A DNA stretch of 60,168 nucleotides, filler included, from Chloroflexota bacterium (GCA_043754535.1; 3 parts of 3 records of this genome joined end to end with filler, not necessarily neighbours in it); one strand, 5' to 3'. Shown: positions 10,055-20,254, numbered from the whole stretch's first letter. Translations and numbers: made by a program. The notes: generated by a model from the letters alone, not told the origin.

Positions 10055-10083
10055 ATTCTACCTGGTATTGTCCTTGCTGTCAA
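10055..10083 (-). promoter_or_regulatory. Sigma70-type promoter of the beta-propeller gene
   Basis: TTGACA-N17-TAGAAT. Confidence 0.7.
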
Positions 10084-10525
10084 TAGCTAGCTGCAATTTC
10101 GACCTCCGCTGGCGAGAAGTAGTCGCGTTTGGCGCAGTTGAAGCGAATGAACGGTGTTCAGGCCCGAAAACCGCCCTCTGCACCACTCAACAAACCTTAC
10201 CAAATCCTTACCAAAACTCTACGCTGGCAATGATCGCTGCGCTACATGGAGCAAAAGGCTGGCTGTCTGCTGGCGTATACCAGCAGTAACGCGCCAGCAG
10301 CTTGTGAACAAACAGTGTCAATCCTGTTGTCGGCTTTGCGAACAAGGCGAGATTGGAGGGTTTAGCTGCTTGCAGACTACGCCAGCGGGTGGTGAGGGTT
10401 GCGCAAGTGGCTAGCTGGCTGGGGCAGTGAGCAGAGTTAACCCAACTTTTACCTGCGCGGCTGGGCTGGTTGGTCGCTATGTGGTATAATCAGGCTAGTA
10501 GGCGGCTGGAAAGGTCAACTTCGCC

Positions 10526-11281
10526 ATGTTTGATAGCGGCTTCTTTGGTATTGGTATCCCCGAAATGATCATCATTGCCATCGTCGCCCTCGTCTTTATC
10601 GGCCCGGAGCGGCTTCCTGGGGTGCTACGCAACCTGGGCAACACCATCGCCAACCTGCGCAGTGGGACGGATGGTCTGCGGCAGGAGTTCCTCGCCTCAA
10701 TGGCCGAGGTACGTGGCCCCCTGGAGGAGTTGCGCGCCCCATTCGAGGAGTTGCGCGCCCCGTTCGAGGAGGTACGCTCTGCCCTTGCTGGGGTGCAGAG
10801 CGACGGTCGCCGCACGCTGGAGGAGCTGCGCCAACTCTACAGCAACCCCGCTGCCGAGCCTCTGGGCGCAAACGAAGCTTACCTGGTCGAGGCTGGTGGC
10901 CCAAGCAGTGCCAGCCCGCGACCCGCCGCTATCGAGCCGAGCAGTGTGCCGCAACCTGCCGCTATCGAGCCGAGCAGCGTGCCGCAGCCAACCAGCCCAG
11001 TTTCAGCAGGCGATCATGCGGTGCGGCCCAGCCGCCGCGTGCGCCGTGTCCCCCAACGGAAGCCGCTAGCCCCGCTTGCCCCACCTGGGCTGAACGGCAG
11101 CAAGGGGGCGCACGAGCAGCAGTCTGGTGGGCAGAAGACGGACGATCTACCCCTCTTTGGCAGCAACATCGCCCTGATGAGTGAGACGGCGCACGCAGGC
11201 GGCGACACGGCGTTATGGCTGTCTACGCCCTCTACCGCGAGCCAGCAGTCGGGCAGCCCGGTGTCTACCGCAACACGCTAG
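10526..11281 (+). CDS. Twin-arginine translocase TatA/TatB family subunit with long disordered tail
   Basis: FGIGIPEMIIIAIVALVFIGPERLP; TGGTATAAT at 10482-10490. Confidence 0.82.
   Translation: MFDSGFFGIGIPEMIIIAIVALVFIGPERLPGVLRNLGNTIANLRSGTDGLRQEFLASMAEVRGPLEELRAPFEELRAPFEEVRSALAGVQSDGRRTLEELRQLYSNPAAEPLGANEAYLVEAGGPSSASPRPAAIEPSSVPQPAAIEPSSVPQPTSPVSAGDHAVRPSRRVRRVPQRKPLAPLAPPGLNGSKGAHEQQSGGQKTDDLPLFGSNIALMSETAHAGGDTALWLSTPSTASQQSGSPVSTATR
10703..10987 (+). repeat. In-frame tandem repeats in the TatB-like gene (21-bp EELRAPF units; two 33-bp PAAIEPSSVPQ units)
   Basis: GAGGAGTTGCGCGCCCCRTTC at 10724 and 10745; 33-bp units at 10922 and 10955. Confidence 0.9.
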
Positions 11282-11685
11282 TGGTCGCTCAGGATGAGAA
11301 TGGTAGCATAGCAGTGCGCGCCCTGGACGACCAGCTTGAGGCTAGCTGGCGAGAGCGTTTGGCAGGTGGTGAACTGTGCTATTTCGATGGCGGTAGCTGG
11401 TCGCTGCGCTGCCTCTCCACCGCCGACCCAAACTTCTTCCACGCCCTGGCTATCGCGCTGCACTATGGCCGCGCCCACCTCGGCCCACCCAGCCAGCTTG
11501 ACGGCGTGGATGCCGAAGCCGCCGCTGCCGACGTGTTCAAGCACCAGGTCGCTCCCGCCCACCTCTGGCGCGTGCTGCCTGGTGGTGAAGCTGAGCTGCT
11601 ACGTCCCTTAGCGGCCAGCAATCAAACGATGGTCATGAACTTCATCGCCCCGATCCAGAGCGACTTGCCGCCGTCGGGCGAGTAG
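11215..11685 (+). CDS. Hypothetical protein
   Basis: Protein-like ORF following the tatB-like gene; alternative GTG start at 11281 overlaps the upstream stop. Confidence 0.5.
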   Translation: MAVYALYREPAVGQPGVYRNTLVVAQDENGSIAVRALDDQLEASWRERLAGGELCYFDGGSWSLRCLSTADPNFFHALAIALHYGRAHLGPPSQLDGVDAEAAAADVFKHQVAPAHLWRVLPGGEAELLRPLAASNQTMVMNFIAPIQSDLPPSGE

Positions 11686-12626
11686 TCGGTGACTGTCACC
11701 ATCGCGCCGCGCCCCTGGGTGAAGAAGTAGCGACCGAGCGACAGCCAGCCAGGGAAGCCGGTGCCAGTGCTGGCCGCCTGGTTGAGGCTGACCCGGCTGG
11801 TCTCGCCAGCACCGTCGCTGATCGTATAGACGGCGGCTGTAGTGTCGGGGTGGCCGTTGTCGAAGTAGGGGATGAAGGCGTAGACCTCATAGATGCCATT
11901 CTCCGGCAACTCTGGTAGCCAGAGAGCCGAGTTGCGGCTGCTGGCGGGGTTGGCGGTGGTGTAGGTGTAGAGGTTGGAGCCGAACTGCTCTGGGTTGCTG
12001 GGCAGCAGGAACCAACTGTTGGCTGGGATCAGGTTGGCCGGGGTGGTTACGCATTCGCTGTCATCCAGGCGCACCAGCGTAGTCCAACTGACTTCCTCCC
12101 CACGCACCAGGGTCATAAACTTCTCCCAATCCCAGTAAGGGCCGGGGTCGGTGTGGTTGTTCTGGCCGCCAAAGCGACCAGGGTGGTCGGGGTCAGGCAC
12201 CTCGTTGTGGCCGAGGATGTGGGCGCGGTCAAGCGGTACCGGGTGGCGGCTGGCGATATCGCGCACCAGGGCGGCGGAAGCGCGGTACATCGTCTCGGTG
12301 TAGTACAGCCCCGCAGCGGCCAGGTTGTGGGCGAAGCCCTCGTGTTCGATGCCGATGCTAGTCTGGTTGTAACGCAGGTTGCCACAGTGGTAGGCGGTGT
12401 TGGCCTCAGGCACCATCTGGGTCACAGCCCCGCTGGTCGAGTCGATCACGTAATGTGCGCTGACCTGGGAGCGAGGGTCGGCGAAGACCTGGATGCCAAC
12501 CGCTGCTGTCCCCTCAATATCATGAATGATAATTTTGTTGATGGTACTGGCAGGCCGCCCCTGCTGGCTGTAGTTGCCTGCCGCCGCTGGCTGAAATGTT
12601 GCACTGGCATAATCTGGATTGGGCAT
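11622..12626 (-). CDS. N-acetylmuramoyl-L-alanine amidase (Amidase_2) with C-terminal golvesin-like beta-sandwich domain
   Basis: IIIHDIEG, SAHY, SIGIEHEG, ILGHNEV, HTDPG; C-terminal GIYEVYAF..WLSLGRYFF; TGCTATAAT at 12703-12695. Confidence 0.88.
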   Translation of the reverse strand: MPNPDYASATFQPAAAGNYSQQGRPASTINKIIIHDIEGTAAVGIQVFADPRSQVSAHYVIDSTSGAVTQMVPEANTAYHCGNLRYNQTSIGIEHEGFAHNLAAAGLYYTETMYRASAALVRDIASRHPVPLDRAHILGHNEVPDPDHPGRFGGQNNHTDPGPYWDWEKFMTLVRGEEVSWTTLVRLDDSECVTTPANLIPANSWFLLPSNPEQFGSNLYTYTTANPASSRNSALWLPELPENGIYEVYAFIPYFDNGHPDTTAAVYTISDGAGETSRVSLNQAASTGTGFPGWLSLGRYFFTQGRGAMVTVTDYSPDGGKSLWIGAMKFMTIV

Positions 12627-12896
12627 AGTTTGGCTGCCTCCACTTCGTTAAATTGGGCTTACCTTTACAACGAGCCGCCTATCTTCTGGCTCCGATTATA
12701 GCACCTGCGCCCAATCTGCACAAACCCGCTGCCACCTCCTTGCTAGCTGTACCTTACCACTACCTTACCGCCCCATTCTGGGGGTGAAAACAGCCAGCTT
12801 CGCCTGTAAACTAGTTTACAATGCAATCGTCCACCCTGATCTATAATGACTTTAGCAAGGGAACGAACCAGGCAGAACAAGAGGAAGGATGAGGCA

Positions 12897-13502
12897 ATGA
12901 ACGAGAGCTTGGCTAGAGAGGTTTATCTTCAGGCGGTCTCAGCACTGGCGCAGACGAGCGGCTTCCACTTCGTACAGTTCTTTGATGACCAGGACATTAC
13001 AGGGCGAGAATTGCTGGCTGGGCCACGGCGGCGCGGCTCTGGCGAACTGGCAACCGCCCCAGCCCGCACTGCCCGCAAGTTCATGCTAGAAGGCTATGCT
13101 GCCCCCAACCAGCACGCCCACCTGACTGCGCGCAGCCTCGGCGTGCAACAGGGTGAGTGGCTGGTGGTCTGTGCAGAGCAACGGTCGCGCAACTATTGGC
13201 GCAGCGACGCAGGCTGGCAACGCATAGCAGATAACACCGCCGTCTATGCTGCCCGCACGATCATCGAGCTAGCTATGCTTGCTCCTCAGCTTGCCGTTAG
13301 CGTTGAACTAGTGAGCGAGGAGTTGATCGAGGGCGAAATCTGCCTGCGCCTGCAAACTACCCGCCCTGGCGAGGCGTATACCGTTTGGGTGAGCAAGGCT
13401 CGCCAGCAGGTAGTCTGCGTGGATGCCTTCGGCCCCTGGGGGTGGCACTCCACCTTGTTTAGCCAGATCGGGGAGCTAGTTGAGATTGTGGAGCCACGCT
13501 AA
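12897..13502 (+). CDS. Hypothetical protein (possibly LolA/LppX-like fold)
   Basis: ATG after a GA-rich RBS, TATAAT at 12842; fold guess from the C-terminal Y.VWV..VV pattern only. Confidence 0.55.
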   Translation: MNESLAREVYLQAVSALAQTSGFHFVQFFDDQDITGRELLAGPRRRGSGELATAPARTARKFMLEGYAAPNQHAHLTARSLGVQQGEWLVVCAEQRSRNYWRSDAGWQRIADNTAVYAARTIIELAMLAPQLAVSVELVSEELIEGEICLRLQTTRPGEAYTVWVSKARQQVVCVDAFGPWGWHSTLFSQIGELVEIVEPR

Positions 13503-14222
13503 TCGCCGCTCCCGCTCTCGCCTGGTACTCTCACGCTCTTGCGCCGTCCTCTCCTGCTCCTGTCGATCTATGTCGTCGTAGACACTGCGCTCTGTCGTAT
13601 CCGGGTCTACATAGTCCAGCGGGTAGCCCACCAGTTCGGGGGCGCGATCCAGGAGGCTGACCTGGGCAACAATGCAGGCGAGGCCGAAGCTGAGGAAGGC
13701 GACCGTGACCAGCAGGCTGCTGACCAGCACCAGGAAGATGGCAAGGGCGAGGTGGTGGCCGGGGAAGCGCAAGGTGAACAGCCAGGCGTTCCGCAAGTGG
13801 TCACGCAAGCGGAGGTCGGGCCGAGCGGTGGTCATCGCCCAGACGTGCGCGATAAACTGCACCCAGATCACTGCTGCGTAGAGAACCACGCCGCTGATCG
13901 GGCCAAACTGCCGGGCCAACTGGCCGTAGAAGCTGATGTCGGCAACGACGACCAGCGAACCAAAGATAGTGATCACCCCCAACTGCCAGGCTTGCAGGAA
14001 GTGAGTCTGCATATCGCGGAAGAAGTCTGCAATGCTAACTCCTTCGTGCTGGGCCAGGGCGCGGGCCTGGTTGAACAGGGCGTAGGTGGCTGGGGCAGCG
14101 GTGATCACGGGTAGCAGTAGCAACAGGTAGAGGAAGTTGAGCAGGCCCATGATGTAGAACTCGCTCCACCACTCGCGTAGTGAGACGAGGATCACTCGCA
14201 GTGGTGACGGCAGCTTCTCCAC
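13476..14222 (-). CDS. DUF624/YesL-like membrane protein associated with a sugar ABC system
   Basis: LNFLYLLLLLPVITAAPATYALF pattern, several TM helices, downstream of the permeases. Confidence 0.75.
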   Translation of the reverse strand: MEKLPSPLRVILVSLREWWSEFYIMGLLNFLYLLLLLPVITAAPATYALFNQARALAQHEGVSIADFFRDMQTHFLQAWQLGVITIFGSLVVVADISFYGQLARQFGPISGVVLYAAVIWVQFIAHVWAMTTARPDLRLRDHLRNAWLFTLRFPGHHLALAIFLVLVSSLLVTVAFLSFGLACIVAQVSLLDRAPELVGYPLDYVDPDTTERSVYDDIDRQEQERTAQERESTRRERERRLAWLHNLN

Positions 14223-14331
14223 CCTTGCTCCTTCCTAGAGTCAGCCCCTAAACTGCTCCCCCAGCCAGGCCGGGAGGGCGATGCTTTTTATAGCGGCCTG
14301 CTCCCACAGGGGAGAACAGGTTAAGGGTGAA

Positions 14332-15279
14332 CTAGCCCTTTACTCCGGCGTAGGTCGAGCCTTCGACGAAGTAGCGCGAGAAGAAGGCGAAGATCAGGAT
14401 CGCTGGGATGGTATTGAACATCGAGGCGGCCAGGATCAGGTTGACCTGTGAGGTGTAACCGTCCTTCAGAGCCGAGAGGCCGACGGTGAGTGGGAAGTAG
14501 TCGGGCGTGTTGAGGAAGATCAGCGGGTTCTGGAAGTCGTTCCATGACCCCTGGAACTCCAACACAGCCAGGGTCGCTAGCGCAGGTCGGGCCAGAGGCA
14601 GAATCACCCGTGAGTAGGTGGTGAACAGGCCCGCCCCGTCAATCGCCGCTGCCTCCTCCAGGTCCTTCGGGATGCTGCGGAAGAACTGGGTGAGCAGGAA
14701 GATACCACCTGCCCCCACCGCTGAAGGCAGGATCACAGCCCAGTAGGTGTTGACCAGGTTGATCTGATTGATGATGAAGTAGCGGGGCATCAGCAAGGCC
14801 ACGCCGGGGATCATCAACGTCGCCAGCATCAGGGTGAAGACGAGATTCTTGCCCTTGAAGTCCAGGCGCGCAAAAGCGTAGGCTGCTAGCGAGCAGAGAA
14901 AGAGTTGCAGCACCACGTGGATCGCCGCCAGGAAGACGCTGTTGAACAGCCAGCGGGGGAACAGCGAGGTGCCGAGACCGATAGCCTTGAAGAATTGGGT
15001 GATGAAGTCGTCACCGCTAGCCTGTTGTGCGTTCCAAACACGGCTGTAGTTTTCTGGCTGCCAGTTCTGCGGCCAGAGCGTGGGTGGTGAGGCCAGCACT
15101 TCGTTCACCGTCTTGAACGAGCCGAAGAAGGCAAGGACGAACGGCCCCAACAAGATCAGGGTCATCAGGATCAGTAGACCGTACTTGACGACTTGCCCGA
15201 CTATGTAGAGCGGGCCAGACTGTGCGGCCTGCTCACCAACCACTGAGCTGTTAGTCAGGGTTTTGGCTTGGGTTGCCAT
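14332..15279 (-). CDS. Carbohydrate ABC transporter permease (MalG-like)
   Basis: EEAAAIDGA (EAA motif), WNDF. Confidence 0.95.
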   Translation of the reverse strand: MATQAKTLTNSSVVGEQAAQSGPLYIVGQVVKYGLLILMTLILLGPFVLAFFGSFKTVNEVLASPPTLWPQNWQPENYSRVWNAQQASGDDFITQFFKAIGLGTSLFPRWLFNSVFLAAIHVVLQLFLCSLAAYAFARLDFKGKNLVFTLMLATLMIPGVALLMPRYFIINQINLVNTYWAVILPSAVGAGGIFLLTQFFRSIPKDLEEAAAIDGAGLFTTYSRVILPLARPALATLAVLEFQGSWNDFQNPLIFLNTPDYFPLTVGLSALKDGYTSQVNLILAASMFNTIPAILIFAFFSRYFVEGSTYAGVKG

Positions 15280-15293
15280 AGTGATGCTCCTTT

Positions 15294-16244
15294 CTAGTCG
15301 GTAGCATTCCGGTCCAGGAAGCGTCGCTGGACAAGGAAGAAGACGAAGATAACGACGAACAGGATGAAGCTAATTGCTGCTGAACGGGCCAGGTTGTTAC
15401 GCTTGAACGCCTCAAACCAGATCAGGTAGGCCACAGTGAGCGTCGAGTCGAGCGGGCCGCCCTCGTTGGTCATCACATAAATCTGGTCGAAGACTTGTAG
15501 CGTGCCAATCGTCCCCAGCACGGTGACTAGGAAGATCACCGGGCGCAGCAGCGGTAGGGTGATGCTCCAGAACATCCGCCGCGCCGAAGCACCATCAATC
15601 TTGGCCGCCTCGTACACATCGGTGGGAATGTCTTGCAGACCAGCCAGGAACATGACCATAAAGGTGGGGATGGTGGTAAAGATGTTCATCGTCATGATCG
15701 CAGGCAGAGCGGTGGTGGTGTTGTCTAGCCAGGCGACCGGCTCAAAGTGGACACCAACCAGGCCGAGCGTGTTGTTGATGATCGCACCCAGAGCGTAATT
15801 GATCACCCCTTGCTGCTTATACATCCAGAAGAAGATGAGCGAGATCACGACCGAGGCCGTCACGCTGGGCAGGTACCAGGCAATACGGAAGAATCGTTGG
15901 CCGCGTATCTTGCTGTTGAGGACGACGGCAAACAGGATCGCCAGCCAGGTTTGGAAGAAGACAACAACGACTGAGAAGATGACTGTGTTGCCCAGTGCCT
16001 TCCAGAACTTGTTGAGCGGGTTGTTGGGGTCTAGCACCCTGCCGTAGGTACCGAAGCCAACATAGTTAGCCTCGCCAAACAGTTTGAGGTCGGTGAAACT
16101 GATATATACGGCGTAGGCGATGGCCCCGAAGGTGAAGACGATCAGGGAGATCAGGTACGGTGTGAGGAAAAGCCAGCCCGCTACGTTCTCGCGGGTCTTG
16201 CGCTTCATCCCCTGCCGTTGTGGAGGTAGGGATTTGACTGCCAT
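15294..16244 (-). CDS. Carbohydrate ABC transporter permease (MalF-like)
   Basis: YEAAKIDGA, ITLPLLRP, FDQIYVMT. Confidence 0.95.
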   Translation of the reverse strand: MAVKSLPPQRQGMKRKTRENVAGWLFLTPYLISLIVFTFGAIAYAVYISFTDLKLFGEANYVGFGTYGRVLDPNNPLNKFWKALGNTVIFSVVVVFFQTWLAILFAVVLNSKIRGQRFFRIAWYLPSVTASVVISLIFFWMYKQQGVINYALGAIINNTLGLVGVHFEPVAWLDNTTTALPAIMTMNIFTTIPTFMVMFLAGLQDIPTDVYEAAKIDGASARRMFWSITLPLLRPVIFLVTVLGTIGTLQVFDQIYVMTNEGGPLDSTLTVAYLIWFEAFKRNNLARSAAISFILFVVIFVFFLVQRRFLDRNATD

Positions 16245-16279
16245 AGTCTACTTCCTTTCCAAACTAGCCCGTGGTGGGG

Positions 16280-16320
16280 AAAAGAGTGGGCTGGGGGGTA
16301 GCAAGCCTACCCCCCAGCCC
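16280..16320 (-). terminator. Stem-loop between binding-protein and permease genes (attenuator or mRNA stabiliser)
   Basis: 14-bp perfect stem GGGCTGGGGGGTAG/CTACCCCCCAGCCC followed by ACTCTTTT. Confidence 0.7.
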
Positions 16321-16334
16321 GGCTGTACTGTGGC

Positions 16335-17846
16335 CTACTGGTCGGCGAGAGCGGCGTTGATGCCGTCTTCCATCTGCTTGAGCGCGCCAGCAGTGTCTAC
16401 CTTACCGAGATAGAGGGCGTTCATTGCGTCGCTCATCGTCTTCTGCACTACACCAGTGACCGGGCCGTAGTAGTCAACAGTGCCAAAGCTGGCAGTGGCG
16501 TAGAGGGCCTTCTCTGCGGCATGGTCGGTGAAGTAGGCGTTGCTCTCGTAACCCTTGAGGGTTGGCACGGCAAAGCCAGTGATCAGCACTGCTTCCTGAT
16601 TGACGGGGCCGCTGAGGAAGGTGACCAGGGCGGCGGCGGCCTTCGGGAACTTGCTGTCGGCACGAGCAGAGTAGGCGTTGGTGAACAGCAGGTCACCGTA
16701 CGTACCCTTCGGCGACTTCGGCAGTGGGGCAGCAGACCACTTGACGTTGAAGCCGTTCGCGCTATCCTTGAGGAAGGGGATCATCCAGCCGCCTTCGATT
16801 ACGAAGCCAGCCTTCTGCTTGCCGAACGCCTCGCCCGGCCAGCCTGCGCTGACCAGCTTGGACTCGCCAGCGGTGCCATCCTTGTAGAGACCATAGTACC
16901 AGTCGAGGGCAGCCTTCGCTTCCGCGCTATTGATTGCGGACTTCTTACCATCGGCACTCAGTACCTTCGCGCCGTTGGCGAGGGCGAAGGGTAGCCAGCG
17001 GGCATAGTCGGGCTGGTGCATGGTGCCGAAGACCTTACTCTCACCCGTGCCGCTAACCAGCGACTTGGCGAAGGCAGAGTAGTCATCCCAGGTCCAGTTG
17101 CCGTCGGCAGGCGGAGCCTTTGCCCCGGTGGCCTTTGCCACAATGTCCTGGTTGTAGAAGACGATGATGCTACCGAAGTCCTTCGGCAGGCCGTACACAT
17201 CGTCGCCACGGCTGAAGATGTTGATCAGGCTCTCAAAGAAGTCGCTCTTCTTCATGTTAGCTTCGCTCATGTAGTCGTTGAGCTTCAGCAGCTTCTTCGA
17301 GCTAACCAACAGGTCGGTCAGCGGTGGGTTGACGTAGAACACATCGGCTTCAGTGCCAGAGGAAATCTGCGTCTTGAGCTTGGACTCATAGTTGTCGGGG
17401 ATCGGCTCGTAGATTACCTTGATGGTGGGGTAGGTCTGCTTGAAGCGGCAGAGCTGCTCGCGGGTGACTTGCTGCTCGCTGGTGTTGCCCCAGCCGCTGA
17501 AGCGGAGGGTGGCACCGGACTCGATGGCGATCTTCTTGACCTTGCTCACGTCCACCTTACCAGCATTGGCACAGGCAGCGTCGCTGACTTCCGCAGGCGG
17601 CACGTCGGTGGCAGCGGCAGGGGCGACAGGGGCAGTAGTGGCGGTGGCCTTACCATCGGTAGCAGCCCCGGTGGTGGCGGTTGCCACTGCCATTGCCGGT
17701 GCGCTGGTGGCGGTTGCCGCTGCTGCAACGGCTGTATTGGCGGCAGGCGTAGTGGCCGCAGTGCTGTTGCTGTCGCAGGCCATCAGGCCGAACGCGACAA
17801 CTAGCAGTAGACTGAGCATAGACAGGTAACGATTAGTCTTCTTCAC
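16335..17846 (-). CDS. Sugar ABC transporter substrate-binding lipoprotein
   Basis: GTG start after GAGGAGG; lipobox LMAC; Ala/Thr linker; YGLPKD, FYNQD. Confidence 0.93.
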   Translation of the reverse strand: MKKTNRYLSMLSLLLVVAFGLMACDSNSTAATTPAANTAVAAAATATSAPAMAVATATTGAATDGKATATTAPVAPAAATDVPPAEVSDAACANAGKVDVSKVKKIAIESGATLRFSGWGNTSEQQVTREQLCRFKQTYPTIKVIYEPIPDNYESKLKTQISSGTEADVFYVNPPLTDLLVSSKKLLKLNDYMSEANMKKSDFFESLINIFSRGDDVYGLPKDFGSIIVFYNQDIVAKATGAKAPPADGNWTWDDYSAFAKSLVSGTGESKVFGTMHQPDYARWLPFALANGAKVLSADGKKSAINSAEAKAALDWYYGLYKDGTAGESKLVSAGWPGEAFGKQKAGFVIEGGWMIPFLKDSANGFNVKWSAAPLPKSPKGTYGDLLFTNAYSARADSKFPKAAAALVTFLSGPVNQEAVLITGFAVPTLKGYESNAYFTDHAAEKALYATASFGTVDYYGPVTGVVQKTMSDAMNALYLGKVDTAGALKQMEDGINAALADQ

Positions 17847-18048
17847 AGAACGTTTCCTCCTCGTAGGTACTGAACCCACCCGACGACCCATGTCGGGCGT
17901 AAACCCGGTCTCCCGGCAACATAGCCAGGGATTACAAACAGGTTGCCAGCCTCGTTGCGGCAGCCTTAACCTACCTTTCTATCGCTAGTACTATGATCTC
18001 CTGTAGTAAGCATAATCCTTGCCGCCCGTGGCAAAGACTGAGAATTGG

Positions 18049-20253
18049 CTAGTTAATCTCGACCGCGATGCCCTGCGATTGGCCCCTGATCTCTACTGCG
18101 TCGTGACCGTCGTGGCCGCGTTCGACCGAAAGATCAAGGCGGCGGTTGCCGAGGCGCAGGTTGCCCAGCTTGAGCCGGTGCAACCAGGTGGGCAAGCGTG
18201 GGTGCAGACGTAGCTTGCGGCTGGTCGGTTCTGGTTGCAGACCGAGCAGAGTCTGGAACATCATGATCGGGGTGCCAGCCGCCCACGCTTGCGGGCTACA
18301 ACTGACAGGGTACTCTGCTGGCCGCGAGTGGAAGCGGCCCTCGCGCTGGAAGCCGCAGAACAACTCTGGTAGCCGATAGTAGCGGAAGTGCAGGCTGGCC
18401 TCGAAGATTTGGTGGATCAGGTCGTTCGCCTCCTGGTGGAAGCCATACCGCTTGAAGCCTTCGGCGATCAGTGAGTTATCGTGCGGCCAGATACTGCCGC
18501 GGTGGTAGCTCATCGGGTTGTAGTGGTAGCTCTCGCTGCTCAGGGTGCGGATACCCCAGCCGCTTGCCATGTCAGGAGCCATCAGCCGCTTGACTACCGC
18601 CGCCGCCTTGTCGTCATCAATAATGCCGGTCAGCAGGCAGTGGCCGGGGTTGCTGGTGATCGCTGGCACCTGCCGCTTCTCGCGGTCTAGTGCCTGTGCA
18701 TAGTAGCCGACTTCTGGCATCCAGAACGCTGCATTGAAGCGTACCTTCAGCTCTGCCGCTTCGCGCTCCAGCCGCTCGGCAGTGGCTGCATCGCCCTTGC
18801 GCCGCAGCAGATTAGCCAGCGACAGCTTGGCATTGTAGACGTAGCCCTGCACCTCCACTGCCGCCACTGGTGACGCGGCAGGCTGACCATCGGGCATCAG
18901 GGTGGAGTCGTCGCTGTCCTTCCAGACCTGGTTGAGGATACCCTTGCTGGACTTGCGCTCGTACTCCACGAAGCCGTCGCCATCCAGGTCTCCGTACTCG
19001 TCGATCCAGCTAAGAGCGGCCATTACGTTAGGTAGTAGTTCCTGGTAGATCGCAGCGTCGTCGATCCAGTTCATCATCTCACAGAACAGCATGATGAACA
19101 AGGGGGTTGCGTCCACCGTGCCATAGTAAGGAGTGTGTGGTACCATCTTCAAACGGGCCATCTCGCCCTCGCGGATTTCGTGCAGGATTTTGCCCGGCTG
19201 TGCGTCGCGCCAGTCGTCCACCTCGGTTGCCTGGTGCCTCGCCAGCATCCGCAGCGTACCAACCGCCACCTGGGGGTTGAGCGAAAGCATCTGGTAGGCG
19301 GTGATCAGGCTGTCGCGCCCAAATGGGCAACTATACCAGGGGATACCCGCCGCTGGGAAGAAGCCTCCCTCACTGTCGAGCATCAACACGCGCAGGTCTG
19401 TGCTACTTCTATAGAGCAGGCGGTTGTAGAGTTCGTCGTTGGTCGTCATGCGGCTGCTCTCTGCTGTCCACTGCTCGTAACGCTGGTCAAGCGCGTCGAC
19501 GTTGCGGTTGAAGTCGTCATCCTGTTGTTCGTTGACCAGTTCGCTGGGCCGCACCTGGAAGGTGATCACGTACTCCTGCTGTGGTTGCAGCACGATATCC
19601 CAGGCCAGGGTTGCGCTGGGGGCGTTGACTTCTACCTGCACCGCATCGTTGACCAGGTTGGGAACGATAGACCCCTCCTGCGTGGCTTCTATCTGGCGGC
19701 GCGGGAGCGATATTTCGGCCTGGTCGGGAACTGGCTCGGCAGTGAGAACGCTGGATAGGTGCTTCTGCTCATCACTGCTCAGGTAACTGAAAGTCAGAGT
19801 CTTGCCGTCCCAGGTCGGGGTTTCAATCGTCCCCCAGACGGTACGGGAGAAACCGCGCACGTCGAACATATCGCGGAAGTCAGCAGCGGCTTGCAGGCTG
19901 ATCGTAGCTGGGACGGGAAAGCTGTTGTAGTTGACGATCTCGATCCGCTCATGCAGCCCGCCCATGATCATGCGGCTACGCTCGATATTGAGGGTTTGCG
20001 GCTTGACCTGCTCCCCAGCCTCGGTGACAAAGTAGGGGTTGGCGAATTGCAGGTTGCCCATAAAGTTCTGTTCACCAGAGGAGTTGAGCAACTCCAAATC
20101 CAGGCCATTCAGCTTGAAGTTGAGCAAGCTGAGGTAGCGGGTATCATGGTAGTAGAGGCCATCTGCATCGCCGCCAATGATGTTGCCATCGGCGCGGCTG
20201 ACAATGAATGTCTCGTTTTCCTTGAGGACAAGTTGTTGAGCAAGGGTAGGCAA
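18049..20253 (-). CDS. Amylo-alpha-1,6-glucosidase / glycogen-debranching family protein
   Basis: GLYYHDTRYLS, AAGIPWY..FGRDS, PGKILHE, YYGTVDATPL, WKDS, YHRGSIWPHDN, CSPQAWAAG. Confidence 0.92.
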   Translation of the reverse strand: MPTLAQQLVLKENETFIVSRADGNIIGGDADGLYYHDTRYLSLLNFKLNGLDLELLNSSGEQNFMGNLQFANPYFVTEAGEQVKPQTLNIERSRMIMGGLHERIEIVNYNSFPVPATISLQAAADFRDMFDVRGFSRTVWGTIETPTWDGKTLTFSYLSSDEQKHLSSVLTAEPVPDQAEISLPRRQIEATQEGSIVPNLVNDAVQVEVNAPSATLAWDIVLQPQQEYVITFQVRPSELVNEQQDDDFNRNVDALDQRYEQWTAESSRMTTNDELYNRLLYRSSTDLRVLMLDSEGGFFPAAGIPWYSCPFGRDSLITAYQMLSLNPQVAVGTLRMLARHQATEVDDWRDAQPGKILHEIREGEMARLKMVPHTPYYGTVDATPLFIMLFCEMMNWIDDAAIYQELLPNVMAALSWIDEYGDLDGDGFVEYERKSSKGILNQVWKDSDDSTLMPDGQPAASPVAAVEVQGYVYNAKLSLANLLRRKGDAATAERLEREAAELKVRFNAAFWMPEVGYYAQALDREKRQVPAITSNPGHCLLTGIIDDDKAAAVVKRLMAPDMASGWGIRTLSSESYHYNPMSYHRGSIWPHDNSLIAEGFKRYGFHQEANDLIHQIFEASLHFRYYRLPELFCGFQREGRFHSRPAEYPVSCSPQAWAAGTPIMMFQTLLGLQPEPTSRKLRLHPRLPTWLHRLKLGNLRLGNRRLDLSVERGHDGHDAVEIRGQSQGIAVEIN

Positions 20254-20254
20254 G

